A stretch of DNA of 64,000 nt from an uncultured Candidatus Saccharibacteria bacterium (GCA_964364285.1 CAYIKZ010000001.1:17237-81236), one strand, 5' to 3'; positions 17,208 to 27,526 are shown, numbered from the stretch's first letter. The notes: a model not told the origin generated them from the sequence alone. Made by a program: numbers and translations.

Positions 17208-17756
17208 ATGAATAGACTTAAGGAAAAATATAATAAGCAGATACGAAAAGAATTGCAGACCAAACTCGGCCTGAAAAATGTTTTAGCAGTGCCTCAGGTA
17301 AAAAAGGTTGTTGTTAATGCAGGTGTTGGTAAAACTCTGAAAGATCCAAAGCTATTAGAATCAGTCATCGCAGACTTAAGAATCATCACAGGTCAGCAAC
17401 CAGTTAAAACAATGTCTCGTAAATCAATTGCTGGTTTCAAAATTAGAGAAAATCAGGTTGTCGGAGTTGCTGTAACACTAAGAGGCGAGAGAATGTATGA
17501 TTTCATAGACAAGCTGGTTAGCATTGCTTTACCACGTGTTAGAGATTTCCGTGGTTTAAACATCAATGCTTTTGATGGACGCGGTAACTACAACATTGGT
17601 ATCAAAGAACAGACAGTATTTCCAGAAATTTCAGAAGAAGGTTTAGAGCATTCCTTTGGTTTTCAGATTACGATAGCAACAGATGCAGGTGATGACATTA
17701 AAGGTCGAGAACTTTTAAAGAGCTTGGGTTTCCCATTTGCGGAACAAGAGAAATAA
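17208..17756 (+). CDS. rplE: 50S ribosomal protein L5
   Basis: ITGQQP, ALPRVRDFRG, FDGRGNY. Confidence 0.97.
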   Translation: MNRLKEKYNKQIRKELQTKLGLKNVLAVPQVKKVVVNAGVGKTLKDPKLLESVIADLRIITGQQPVKTMSRKSIAGFKIRENQVVGVAVTLRGERMYDFIDKLVSIALPRVRDFRGLNINAFDGRGNYNIGIKEQTVFPEISEEGLEHSFGFQITIATDAGDDIKGRELLKSLGFPFAEQEK

Positions 17757-17765
17757 TTTAAATAT

Positions 17766-17960
17766 ATGGCAAAGAAATCGTTAATTGCAAAAGCATTAAG
17801 ATCAAGAACAAAGCCAAAGTATAAATCACGTGTTGTTAGACGCTGCTGGAAATGCGGCAGAAACCGTGGATATATGAGAGACTTTGATTTGTGCAGAATT
17901 TGTTTCCGTGAACTCGCTTCAAAAGGTGAGATCCCAGGTATTGTTAAGTCTTCTTGGTAA
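17766..17960 (+). CDS. rpsN: 30S ribosomal protein S14, zinc-binding type Z
   Basis: RCWKCGR...[17 protein letters not shown]. Confidence 0.96.
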   Translation: MAKKSLIAKALRSRTKPKYKSRVVRRCWKCGRNRGYMRDFDLCRICFRELASKGEIPGIVKSSW

Positions 17961-17975
17961 GATTAATTTAAATAT

Positions 17976-18368
17976 ATGTTTACAGACCCAATTTCAGACA
18001 TGTTAACTAGAATACGCAACGGAGCAGCTGCCCACAAGACAGACGTTTTGATGCCGTACTCAAAGTTAAAACACAACCTTGCAAACATCTTGGCACGCGA
18101 AGGGTACATCGCCGGAGTAGAAGTAATTGAAGGTTCTCTAAAGCAGCTTTCAGTAAAGATTAAGTATACTTCAAACGGAGAAGCGGTTGTTTCAAGTATT
18201 CAGCGCGTAAGCAAGCCTGGTCAAAGAATCTATGTTCCAATGGACAGAATTCCAAGAACCAACGGTGGTTTGGGAGTAACCATTCTTTCAACCTCTAAAG
18301 GTTTGATGACTGACAAAGAAGCTCGCAAGCAGAGATACGGCGGAGAAGTAATTTGCCAAATTTGGTAA
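17976..18368 (+). CDS. rpsH: 30S ribosomal protein S8
   Basis: DPISDMLTRIRN, SKPGQRIY, STSKG. Confidence 0.97.
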   Translation: MFTDPISDMLTRIRNGAAAHKTDVLMPYSKLKHNLANILAREGYIAGVEVIEGSLKQLSVKIKYTSNGEAVVSSIQRVSKPGQRIYVPMDRIPRTNGGLGVTILSTSKGLMTDKEARKQRYGGEVICQIW

Positions 18369-18386
18369 AGGAAATATTTAACACAT

Positions 18387-18938
18387 ATGTCACGTATAGG
18401 TAAAAAACCAGTTACAATTCCAAATGGCGTCAAGGCTGAATTAAAAGATCTAACCTTGAAGATTACAGGACCAAAGGGCAACTTAACAGTTGTCATTCAT
18501 CCTAAGGTTTTGGTTTCTGTTTCAGAAAATGAAATCATAGTAGATGTAGCAAACAAAGAAAACAAACTTGAAAGATCTCTTTGGGGTCTAACTAGAGCTT
18601 TGATTGCAAACGCAGTTATGGGTGTTGTTTCAGGATTTGAAAAGAAATTGGAAATAAACGGAGTTGGTTACAGAGGAACAATTGCAGGTAAGACAATTAC
18701 CTTAGCACTAGGTTTTTCCCACCCAGTTATTGTAGAAGTTCCAGAAGTTTTAACCGCTACTATAGAAAAAAACGTCATAACTATCACAGGTATTGATAAG
18801 CAGGCGGTTGGTGAATTTGCAGCTAAAGTTAGAGCTTTGAAAAAACCAGAACCATACAAAGGCAAGGGTATCAAATACTCAGACGAAATTGTCAGAAGAA
18901 AAGCTGGTAAAGTCGTTAAAGCTGTTGGTGGTAAATAA
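18387..18938 (+). CDS. rplF: 50S ribosomal protein L6
   Basis: MSRIGK, GVGYR, PEPYKGKGI. Confidence 0.97.
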   Translation: MSRIGKKPVTIPNGVKAELKDLTLKITGPKGNLTVVIHPKVLVSVSENEIIVDVANKENKLERSLWGLTRALIANAVMGVVSGFEKKLEINGVGYRGTIAGKTITLALGFSHPVIVEVPEVLTATIEKNVITITGIDKQAVGEFAAKVRALKKPEPYKGKGIKYSDEIVRRKAGKVVKAVGGK

Positions 18939-18948
18939 TTAGAAATAT

Positions 18949-19302
18949 ATGAATAGACAAGAACTAAAAATCGCAAAAAGAGTTAGAAGACACAAGCGCG
19001 TCAGAGCAAGAATGTCTGGTGACGCAAAGAGACCACGCTTGGTTGTTTTCCGTGCAAACCAACATATCTATGCTCAGATCATTGACGATGCGAGCCAAAA
19101 GACGATTGTTGCTTCTTCCTCATTAGAACTAAAAACCAAAGGAAAGAAAGCAGACCAGTCTGCTGAAGTTGGAACTGCAATTGCAAAAAAGGCTTTAGCA
19201 AAAGATATTTCAGAAGTTGTTTTTGACCGCGGTGGATTTAAATATCACGGTAGAGTAAAAGCATTAGCAGATGCTGCAAGAGCAGCAGGATTAAAGTTTT
19301 AA
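18949..19302 (+). CDS. rplR: 50S ribosomal protein L18
   Basis: [20 protein letters not shown]. Confidence 0.97.
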   Translation: MNRQELKIAKRVRRHKRVRARMSGDAKRPRLVVFRANQHIYAQIIDDASQKTIVASSSLELKTKGKKADQSAEVGTAIAKKALAKDISEVVFDRGGFKYHGRVKALADAARAAGLKF

Positions 19303-19306
19303 ATAT

Positions 19307-19807
19307 ATGGCAAGAGATAACAAAAGAGAGAGATCAAATAGAGAACCAATAAAACGCGACTTTGAACAAAAGGTTGTTGAGATTAAGCGTGTTACTCGTG
19401 TTGTTGCTGGTGGTAAACGCATGCGTTTCAGAGCTCTCGTAGTTATTGGTGACAAAAAAGGAAAAGTCGGTATGGGCTTGAGAAAAGGTGTTGACGTTGC
19501 TGAATCAGTAAACAAAGCAGTTAATGCAGCAAAGAAAAATATGATCATGGTTCCTTTGATCAACGGAACAATCCCACACCAGATTAAATTAAAGTACAAA
19601 TCAAGCAGAATTATTCTTCTCCCAGCTCGTCCAGGTACTGGTATCATTGCCGGTGGTGCTTTAAGAAGCGTTTTGGATTTAGCCGGTGTTAAGAACATCT
19701 TAAGCAAAATGCTTGGTTCTTCTAACAAAGTAAACAATGTTAAAGCTGTCTTTGAAGCATTCAAGAAAATGAAAACAGCTGATCAATTAAGACAGGCAAG
19801 AAAATAA
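19307..19807 (+). CDS. rpsE: 30S ribosomal protein S5
   Basis: RVTRVVAGG, ALVVIGD, PGTGIIAGG. Confidence 0.97.
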   Translation: MARDNKRERSNREPIKRDFEQKVVEIKRVTRVVAGGKRMRFRALVVIGDKKGKVGMGLRKGVDVAESVNKAVNAAKKNMIMVPLINGTIPHQIKLKYKSSRIILLPARPGTGIIAGGALRSVLDLAGVKNILSKMLGSSNKVNNVKAVFEAFKKMKTADQLRQARK

Positions 19808-19811
19808 TCAT

Positions 19812-20249
19812 ATGATTAAACTACACGAACTAAAAGTATACAAGGGTTCTACAAAGCGCAGAAAGGTTGTTGGTCGCGGACTTGGTTCTGGACACGGCAC
19901 ATATTCTGGTAGAGGAGCTAAAGGACAAGGATCAAGAAAGAGCGGAAATGTTCGCCCAGGATTTGAAGGTGGACGCCAACCTTTAATTAGACAAACACCT
20001 AAACTCCGTGGTTTCAAGAGCCCACACGCTGAAGCTTTTGCGGTCAAAGTATCAAGACTTAACAAGTTTGAAAACGGAGCTAAAGTAACAATGGAATCTT
20101 TGTTTAAATTAGGAATCACTAGAGCAATAGACCAGAAAGTAAAGATTGTTTCTGGTGGTGAGTTAAAAAAGAAAGTTGAAGTATTTGTACCAGCATCTGC
20201 AACTGCAAAACAGACAATTGAAAAAGCTGGTGGCAAAGTAAACGCTTAA
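19812..20249 (+). CDS. rplO: 50S ribosomal protein L15
   Basis: GRGLGSG, GFEGGRQP, IEKAGG. Confidence 0.96.
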   Translation: MIKLHELKVYKGSTKRRKVVGRGLGSGHGTYSGRGAKGQGSRKSGNVRPGFEGGRQPLIRQTPKLRGFKSPHAEAFAVKVSRLNKFENGAKVTMESLFKLGITRAIDQKVKIVSGGELKKKVEVFVPASATAKQTIEKAGGKVNA

Positions 20250-20285
20250 ACATCGTTTCTTTGCTTTTTGTGATAATATATACGT

Positions 20286-21563
20286 ATGAACAAAATAGCT
20301 TTAATTTGGAAAACTAAAGACCTTCGCAACAAGATTTTGATTATGGTTGGTCTTTTGATTTTGACTCGCTTTTTAGCACACATTCCAATTCCAGGATTAA
20401 GTGCAACATCATTACAGAACTTCTTTAACCAAAATCAACTCTTTAACCTTTTAGATATTTTTTCAGGTGGTGGTCTTTCCAACCTTTCAATTGCAATGCT
20501 TGGTGTTGGACCATACATCACAGCATCGATCGTCATCCAACTTCTAACCGTAATTATTCCTTCATTTTCTGAATTACAAAAAGAGGGTGGAGAAGCAGGA
20601 AGAGCAAAGTTAGCCCAATATACAAGATATCTAACAGTTCCTTTGTCAGTATTACAAGGTTACAGCACAATCCGTCTTTTCCAATCAGCACAAGGCGGAG
20701 CAGCCATTGGCAACTTAACTTCTTTCCAGTGGTTAATTACATTGGTAGCAGTTGCTGTTGGTACGATTCTTTTGATGTGGCTTGGTGAGCTCATTACAGA
20801 ATATGGAATTGGTAATGGTATTTCTTTAATCATTTTTGCTGGTATAGTTGCAAGATTACCTCAAGCATTACAGCAAATGGTTTCCTTGTATGATCCTAGC
20901 AAGTTACCAATGATTATTGCTTTCATTGCAGCTGGTTTGTTAGTCATAGCTGCTGTGGTGTATGTAACAGAAGCACAACGAAACATTCCTGTTTCATATG
21001 CCAAGCGTATGACAGGTAACAAGACATATGGTGGAGTCAGCACTCATTTACCTTTGCGTGTTAACCAAGCTGGAGTTATCCCAATAATCTTTGCAATTTC
21101 AGTGATGTTGCTTCCTGGTTTAATCGCAAATTTCTTCTTAACAGCAAAGAGCGCCATGGTTGCAAATGCAGCTAACTACATTGTAGAAATCTTTAGAAAT
21201 CAGACTTTCTATGCAGTGCTCTACTTTGTACTAGTTCTGCTCTTCACCTTCCTTTATACAGCAATAGTTTTCAACCCAGACGAGATTTCAGAGAACATTC
21301 AAAAGAACGGTGGGTTTGTTCCTGGTTTAAGACCAGGCAGACAAACAGCAGAATACCTTTACAGAGTTTTAAACAGAATCACAGTTTTTGGAGCGGTTTT
21401 CCTTGCTTTGATTGCTGTATTACCATATGTTTTTCAAGCATATACTAACACCCAGGTATTAACTCTTGGTGGCACAAGCTTGTTAATCGTAGTTTCTGTT
21501 GTCATTGAGACCATCAAATCAATTGAAGCACAAATGGTCATGCGGGATTATGAAACTATTTAA
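20286..21563 (+). CDS. secY: Preprotein translocase subunit SecY
   Basis: LGVGPYITASI, GIGNGISLII, GVIPIIFA, PGLRPG, GGTSLLI. Confidence 0.98.
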   Translation: MNKIALIWKTKDLRNKILIMVGLLILTRFLAHIPIPGLSATSLQNFFNQNQLFNLLDIFSGGGLSNLSIAMLGVGPYITASIVIQLLTVIIPSFSELQKEGGEAGRAKLAQYTRYLTVPLSVLQGYSTIRLFQSAQGGAAIGNLTSFQWLITLVAVAVGTILLMWLGELITEYGIGNGISLIIFAGIVARLPQALQQMVSLYDPSKLPMIIAFIAAGLLVIAAVVYVTEAQRNIPVSYAKRMTGNKTYGGVSTHLPLRVNQAGVIPIIFAISVMLLPGLIANFFLTAKSAMVANAANYIVEIFRNQTFYAVLYFVLVLLFTFLYTAIVFNPDEISENIQKNGGFVPGLRPGRQTAEYLYRVLNRITVFGAVFLALIAVLPYVFQAYTNTQVLTLGGTSLLIVVSVVIETIKSIEAQMVMRDYETI

Positions 21564-21568
21564 TTTTT

Positions 21569-21596
21569 AAACGCCGCTCGCAAGAGCGGTTTTTTA
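21569..21596 (+). terminator. Intrinsic terminator after secY
   Basis: CCGCTC-GCAA-GAGCGG followed by a T-run. Confidence 0.75.
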
Positions 21597-21615
21597 GATG
21601 TATAATAACTACAAC

Positions 21616-22260
21616 ATGAACGCATCAACATATATATTCATAGGACCGCAAGGTTCAGGCAAAGGTACTCAAGCAGAATTCTTAGTTCAAAAACTCAATG
21701 CTGAGTTTGTTGAAATGGGTGGGTTGCTTAGAGAGATATCAAGCCAAGACACAGAGTTTGGTAAACATGTTAAAGGGTTAATAGACCAAGGGGTTTTACT
21801 TACCGATGATGATATTGAAAAGGTATTAACAGAGAAATTGTCCCATATTAATTCTTCAAAAATAGTTGTCTTTGATGGTGTTCCAAGAAGAATTGGTCAG
21901 GCAAACTTTTTGCTAAGGCTATTAGGAGAGATTGGCAGAAAAGATTTAGTCACTATTTATATAAGTTTGCCTAGAGAAGAAACTTTTCATCGTTTGAGTT
22001 TAAGAAGGATTTGTGAAGTTTGTACCACTCCAGCTATTTCAAATGGGGATTCAAACCAGGTTTGTGAGAAATGTGGAGGTAAACTAATAATTCGCAAAGA
22101 CGATACGGAAGAAGCAATAAACAAAAGACTTGATCAGTATGAAACAGATACTTTACCGGTTGTAGATTTCCTTAGAGACCATACTAAGTTTGTGGAAATA
22201 GACGGGGATCAGATCATTCCAAAAGTTACTTCTGATATTAACGCAGCATTAGGTATTTAA
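21616..22260 (+). CDS. adk: Adenylate kinase, long form with Zn-binding LID
   Basis: GPQGSGKGTQA P-loop, DGVPR, CxxC...CxxC LID, RKDD; start set at 21616, 9 nt after TATAAT. Confidence 0.9.
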   Translation: MNASTYIFIGPQGSGKGTQAEFLVQKLNAEFVEMGGLLREISSQDTEFGKHVKGLIDQGVLLTDDDIEKVLTEKLSHINSSKIVVFDGVPRRIGQANFLLRLLGEIGRKDLVTIYISLPREETFHRLSLRRICEVCTTPAISNGDSNQVCEKCGGKLIIRKDDTEEAINKRLDQYETDTLPVVDFLRDHTKFVEIDGDQIIPKVTSDINAALGI

Positions 22261-22261
22261 A

Positions 22262-22879
22262 ATGAACCAACCTTTAAACATTATTCTTCTTGGTGATCCA
22301 GCAGCAGGAAAAGCAACTCAAGCAAAGTTCTTACTCAACAAACACAAACTTCTTGATTTAGACATGGGTCGAGAGATGCGTTTAATATTAAACGGAAAGG
22401 GAAGTAGTGCGGTTAGAAAAGCCTTAAAACAAACAACCAGCAAAGGAAAGTTAGCACCAACAGACATTGTTCGCGCAATACACAAACAGAAGATTCTTTC
22501 GGCTTCAAAAAACAAAGGTATTTTGCTAGATGGTACTCCTAAAATGATTGGTGAAGCAAAACTTGTTTACAAATGGATGCAGCAGGTTAAAAGAACTCCT
22601 AAAAGCACAATTGCCTTGTATTTACATATACCAGAGAAAGAAGTGTTAAAGCGTGCTAAAAACAGAATAGAATATTTTAAAGGGAAATTTTCTAAACGTC
22701 CTGATGATACAATTGATTCTTTAAAAAATAGAATTAAATATTACAGAAAAAATATTGCACAAGTTATTTCTTTCTTTAAAGGAAAATACTATTACAAAGA
22801 AATTAATGGTTTAGGAAGCAGAACAGAGGTAAAAAAGAGAATTGATAGAGTGATAACGGAGTTTTTAAAACATGCGTAA
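22262..22879 (+). CDS. Second adenylate-kinase-family NMP kinase, short LID
   Basis: GDPAAGKATQA, LLDGTPK, RPDD; no Cys LID. Confidence 0.85.
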   Translation: MNQPLNIILLGDPAAGKATQAKFLLNKHKLLDLDMGREMRLILNGKGSSAVRKALKQTTSKGKLAPTDIVRAIHKQKILSASKNKGILLDGTPKMIGEAKLVYKWMQQVKRTPKSTIALYLHIPEKEVLKRAKNRIEYFKGKFSKRPDDTIDSLKNRIKYYRKNIAQVISFFKGKYYYKEINGLGSRTEVKKRIDRVITEFLKHA

Positions 22880-23621
22880 GACTCAAGAAGAAATAGACAA
22901 AATTAAAGAAGGCGGGAAGATCTTAAATCGGATTTTGTTACAAACAGCAGAGCTTGTAAGACCAGGTGTTTCAACTTGGGAACTAAATACTTTTGCAGAA
23001 CAAGAAATATTTAAAGCAGGAGGCAAACCATCTTTTAAAGGATATGGTAACAAAGGACATTTGTTTCCAGCAGGACTTTGTACTTCTGTAAATTCTGTAG
23101 TTGTTCACGGTGTTCCTTCAAAAGAAAGAATCTTGAAAGAAGGAGACATCATTGGACTTGATATTGGTATGGAGTATAAAGGTTTGTTTACAGATACAGC
23201 CATAACAGTTCCGGTTGGCAAGATTTCAGAGAAAGCCCAAAACCTTCTTTCACTTACTAAAAAAGCTCTAGCAATTGGTATTGCAGAAGCAAAGATTGGA
23301 AATAAAGTCGGAGATATTGGGGCTGCAGTACAGAAAGTTGCTGATGACAACAAATTGGGAATAATTAGAGATCTTGTTGGTCATGGAGTAGGGCATGCAG
23401 TGCATGAAGAACCGCAAGTCCCAAACTATGGTAAAAAAGGAACAGGTCCTGAACTCACAGAAGGACTGGTCATTGCAATAGAACCAATGTTTACATTAGG
23501 TACTGATGATATTTTCATTGAAGATGATGGTTGGACTGTAACTACCAAAGATGAAAGTCTGGCAGCACACTTTGAGCATACTATTGTAATTACAAAAAGC
23601 GGTCCAGAAATCCTTACTTAA
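22872..23621 (+). CDS. map: Methionine aminopeptidase type I
   Basis: CTSVNSVVVHGVP, GHGVG..VHEEP, IEPM, AAHFEHT. Confidence 0.96.
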   Translation: MRKTQEEIDKIKEGGKILNRILLQTAELVRPGVSTWELNTFAEQEIFKAGGKPSFKGYGNKGHLFPAGLCTSVNSVVVHGVPSKERILKEGDIIGLDIGMEYKGLFTDTAITVPVGKISEKAQNLLSLTKKALAIGIAEAKIGNKVGDIGAAVQKVADDNKLGIIRDLVGHGVGHAVHEEPQVPNYGKKGTGPELTEGLVIAIEPMFTLGTDDIFIEDDGWTVTTKDESLAAHFEHTIVITKSGPEILT

Positions 23622-23665
23622 AACCGTGCTTAGAGTATGATAATATATAGCTGAGGAGACGGTTT

Positions 23666-24928
23666 ATGCAAGAAGAAATAAAAGAAACAATAGAATCAAA
23701 AAGCATCAAAAAGCTAGGCAATGGTCTAATTGTCTCTATTGTCTTAATTAGCGTTTTTGGAGGAGCAATTTCAGGGTTTGCTGGCGGTGTTTTTGCATCC
23801 AAAAGCAAACTCTTTGGTTTAAATTCAAAAGTAGCGGGTGTGGTTGCTCAGAATACAGAAAACAAAGCATCAACAGAACAAAAACAAGAAAATGTTCAAA
23901 GTTCACCAGATACAGTTGATGTCATAAAGAAGGCAAGTGCAGCTGTTGTTTCAGTGATTATTTCTGAAGATATTAACAAATACAATTCATTTAGCAGTCC
24001 GTTTTTCTTTGATCCGTTCTTTCAGAACCAACAACAGCAAAACACAACTCCACAATACAAAGAAACAGGAGCAGGAAGCGGTTTCTTTGTAAGTTCTGAT
24101 GGTTTGATTATGACTAACAAGCATGTTGTTGCAAGCACTACTGCTAAATTTACGGTTGTAACCTCAAATGGAAAAAGATTTGATGCAACAGTTTTAGCAC
24201 AAGACCCTTTAAGTGATCTCGCGATTATTAAGATATCAATTAAAGGCGCTACATATTTAAAACTTTCTGATTCATCTAAGATTCAGATTGGTCAGAGAGT
24301 TATAGCTATTGGTAATTCATTAGGTGAATACAGCAATACTGTTACAACAGGTATAATCTCGGGGATCGGAAGAACAATAACTGCAGGAGGTGCTGGAACC
24401 TCTGAAACATTAGAAGGAGTTATCCAAACAGACGCTGCAATCAACCCGGGGAATTCTGGTGGCCCATTGCTTAATGAGTATGGAGATGTCATTGGTATAA
24501 ATACGGCAATGGCACAGCAAGGGCAGTCTGTTGGTTTTGCAATTCCTTCAAATGATATTTCAAAAGCTTTACAGAGCTACAAAAAATACGGACGAATAGT
24601 TAAAGCATTTTTGGGTATTAGATACGCTTTAATCAATGCTCAGATCCAACAACAAAACAACTTGCCTATTGATCACGGAGCATGGATCATAACTGGAACA
24701 GATGAATATGGCAGTCCGGTTTCTGGTGTCACTCCTGGTAGCTCCGCAGAAAAAGCAGGACTTAAGGATTCTGATATAATCACAGCGGTTAATGGCGTTA
24801 AGATTGATGATACTCACAGCTTGGCAGGATTGATAAGGCAGTATAATCCAGGAGATACTGTTACACTAGATGTGATTAGAGACAAACAAAACATGAAGAT
24901 TAAGGTTGTATTAAGTGAAAGCAAATAA
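23666..24928 (+). CDS. htrA: HtrA/DegP-family serine protease with one PDZ domain
   Basis: GSGF, TNKHVV, DLA, QTDAAINPGNSGGPL, N-terminal TM. Confidence 0.93.
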   Translation: MQEEIKETIESKSIKKLGNGLIVSIVLISVFGGAISGFAGGVFASKSKLFGLNSKVAGVVAQNTENKASTEQKQENVQSSPDTVDVIKKASAAVVSVIISEDINKYNSFSSPFFFDPFFQNQQQQNTTPQYKETGAGSGFFVSSDGLIMTNKHVVASTTAKFTVVTSNGKRFDATVLAQDPLSDLAIIKISIKGATYLKLSDSSKIQIGQRVIAIGNSLGEYSNTVTTGIISGIGRTITAGGAGTSETLEGVIQTDAAINPGNSGGPLLNEYGDVIGINTAMAQQGQSVGFAIPSNDISKALQSYKKYGRIVKAFLGIRYALINAQIQQQNNLPIDHGAWIITGTDEYGSPVSGVTPGSSAEKAGLKDSDIITAVNGVKIDDTHSLAGLIRQYNPGDTVTLDVIRDKQNMKIKVVLSESK

Positions 24929-25311
24929 TGTCTAGAATATTAGCAATAGATTATGGTGAAAAAAGAATGGGTTTGGCTTTAAGTGATGAAGAGCAAAAGT
25001 TTGCTTTTGAGTTTGAAATTTGGAGCCCTGAACAAATCTTCGAAGACCTTCCAAACTTACTTAAAGAAAAAGGTGTTAGCAAAATCGTCTTAGGCAATCC
25101 TTTAAATATGAGTGGAGAATCAACCAAAAAAACAGAAGAGGTTGTGGAGTTTAAGAAAAAGATAGAAGCAATGTGTGGACTTGGGGTGGAGTTGGTAGAC
25201 GAGAGATTGAGTTCAAAGATGGCTGAAAATATTTCAGGTCATAGCAAAAACATTGATTCTCTAGCTGCGCAAATATTTCTACAGAACTATCTCAACAAAC
25301 AAACTAACTAG
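24928..25311 (+). CDS. yqgF: YqgF/RuvX pre-16S rRNA nuclease
   Basis: LAIDYGEKRMGLA, VDERLSS, IDSLAAQIFLQ. Confidence 0.92.
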   Translation: MSRILAIDYGEKRMGLALSDEEQKFAFEFEIWSPEQIFEDLPNLLKEKGVSKIVLGNPLNMSGESTKKTEEVVEFKKKIEAMCGLGVELVDERLSSKMAENISGHSKNIDSLAAQIFLQNYLNKQTN

Positions 25312-25318
25312 AAACAAA

Positions 25319-25828
25319 ATGCATCATCAATTGAAAAAGGTATTACATCCGAACAGATATTTCATATGGGCAATTTTTGCTTTGCTTTTTTCAGGTGCTG
25401 CGCTTCTTTCGTACATATATATATCTGGTTACTACTTTGACAGAGATTTTGTTTTTGCGGAGTTAAAAACAAACAAGCTTTTCTTGGATAACCAATTTAA
25501 TTACAGTGCAAGATACCCACACAACTGGCAGCTTGAAAGAGATGAAGTGGGAAATATAGTTTTTGAGAACCCGCAAAACCTTTCTGAGAGCTTCGTTGTT
25601 GTTCCACTTAAACCAAAAGATGAAAAAGCTGTTCGTAAAGCTTTGACCATTATAAAAGAGAACAACACGGCAAGGGGTGACATAAAGATTGCGATAATAA
25701 AAGGAAGGATAGACAAAGATCCTGAAATATATGACATTGCTTTAATAACCGATGGCAACAGCCTTTTCTATATCTATGGCCACTCTTCTTGGATTGATCG
25801 ATTTGTTAGAAACTTTAACATTTACTAA
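25319..25828 (+). CDS. Hypothetical membrane-anchored protein (possible PsbP-like fold)
   Basis: N-terminal TM, YSARYPHNW motif. Confidence 0.6.
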   Translation: MHHQLKKVLHPNRYFIWAIFALLFSGAALLSYIYISGYYFDRDFVFAELKTNKLFLDNQFNYSARYPHNWQLERDEVGNIVFENPQNLSESFVVVPLKPKDEKAVRKALTIIKENNTARGDIKIAIIKGRIDKDPEIYDIALITDGNSLFYIYGHSSWIDRFVRNFNIY

Positions 25829-26814
25829 TGTCTCAATTCAGACAAAATCCAATATCTAAGCACTGGGTTTTAATTGCCCCAAATCGAAGCAAGCGTCCAG
25901 AGCAATTTGCACAAGAACCAGTGATTTCTCAAAACATGCCTGAAATTATTCCAGCTTGTGTTTTTTGTCCTGGTAATGAATCAAAGAACGATGAAATATT
26001 AAGATTTCCGAAAGGAAAAAATTGGGAGATTCGTGTCATCCCAAACAAATTTGAAGCGCTTTCAGATGTTCCTTTAACAGCTGATAGAGAGTTCTATATC
26101 TCAAGATCAGGAACAGGGGATCATGAGGTAGTTATTACAAGGAAGCATAATGAGCCAATTGCATTGCAATCAACAACAACTGTAGTTAATACTTTGAAAG
26201 TCTTGCAACAAAGATATTTAGAATTAGCAAAACATCAAAACCTTGCTTATGTTCAAATATTCTACAACCATGGTAGAGAAGCAGGGGCTTCCTTAATCCA
26301 TCCTCATTTTCAGATAATTTCAACACCATTTGTTCCTCATAATGTTCACGAAGAAATTATGGGTTGCTATCATTACTACCAAGCACACAAAAATTGTATT
26401 TATTGTGCAATAATAGAAGAGGAAAGAAAACAGAACGAACGAGTAATGTATGAAACCGAGGATTTCATCGTCCTTGCACCATATGCCTCAAGAAGCCCTT
26501 TTGAAACTTGGATTCTTCCTAGAAAACACGGTTCCAACTTTGAAGAGATTTCAGAGAAAGAAACAATTCAACTCGCGAATGTTTTAAAAATGGTTTTAGG
26601 AAGACTATATACAAAACTTTCAGATCCACCTCTTAACTTTTACATTCACACAATGCCGCTTGCACAAGCAGTTCACAGCGCGCACAAAAAAGAAACCTTC
26701 CATTGGCACCTGGTTATATTTCCAAGAATTGCCATTTGGGCTGGTTTTGAATATGCTACTGGTATACCAATTAACCCAATGTCCCCTGAAGACGCAGTAA
26801 AGTTTTTGAAATAA
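25828..26814 (+). CDS. galT: Galactose-1-phosphate uridylyltransferase family protein
   Basis: CVFCPGNE, PNKF, GASLIHPHFQ, FHWHL. Confidence 0.88.
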   Translation: MSQFRQNPISKHWVLIAPNRSKRPEQFAQEPVISQNMPEIIPACVFCPGNESKNDEILRFPKGKNWEIRVIPNKFEALSDVPLTADREFYISRSGTGDHEVVITRKHNEPIALQSTTTVVNTLKVLQQRYLELAKHQNLAYVQIFYNHGREAGASLIHPHFQIISTPFVPHNVHEEIMGCYHYYQAHKNCIYCAIIEEERKQNERVMYETEDFIVLAPYASRSPFETWILPRKHGSNFEEISEKETIQLANVLKMVLGRLYTKLSDPPLNFYIHTMPLAQAVHSAHKKETFHWHLVIFPRIAIWAGFEYATGIPINPMSPEDAVKFLK

Positions 26815-26815
26815 C

Positions 26816-27526
26816 ATGAAGAAACTAATAGTTGCAAATTGGAAAATGAACCCAAAGACTCTCAAAGAAGCACAGAAGCTCGTTTTAGCTGTTTCAAAAA
26901 CAAAGACACAAAACACAGTAGTAGTTTGTCCGCCTTTTGTATATCTTCCTGTTTTAAAAACAAAATTAATACTCGGGTCACAAGATATTTTTTGGCAAAG
27001 CAGTGGCCCTTTTACATCACAGATTTCAGCTGACATGCTTAAACAATTCAAAGTTAAATACGCTATAACAGGTCATTCTGAAAGACGTGCTTTGGGAGAA
27101 ACAGACAATGAGGTTAACTTAAAGGTTAAAGCAGCGATAGGGAACAAAATAATTCCAATTCTTTGCGTGGGATACGGTCTCTCAGAAGCAATGGGTGAAG
27201 AAGAAGTAATGGAGCATTTACAAAACCAACTTGAAGCAGGGTTAACAAATGTTGATCCAAAAAAAGTCGTAGTAGCATACGAACCAGCTTGGGCAATATC
27301 AAACGGAGATCCTTACAAAACAAAAGCAGTTGAAAACCCAGACCACGCTGAAAGAATTTGCATGTTCATTAGAATTAAGTTCAAAGTTTCAAAAGTTCTT
27401 TACGGTGGAAGCAGTGATGCTTCAAATGCTGAGAGCTTTTTACAACGACAAATTGATGGTTTACTTGTTGGTGGAGCAAGCTTAAGACCTGACGAGTTTA
27501 ATAAAATGATAACCATAAAAATATGA
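26816..27526 (+). CDS. tpiA: Triosephosphate isomerase
   Basis: ANWKMN, GHSERR, AYEPAWAI, LYGGS, LVGGASL. Confidence 0.95.
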   Translation: MKKLIVANWKMNPKTLKEAQKLVLAVSKTKTQNTVVVCPPFVYLPVLKTKLILGSQDIFWQSSGPFTSQISADMLKQFKVKYAITGHSERRALGETDNEVNLKVKAAIGNKIIPILCVGYGLSEAMGEEEVMEHLQNQLEAGLTNVDPKKVVVAYEPAWAISNGDPYKTKAVENPDHAERICMFIRIKFKVSKVLYGGSSDASNAESFLQRQIDGLLVGGASLRPDEFNKMITIKI

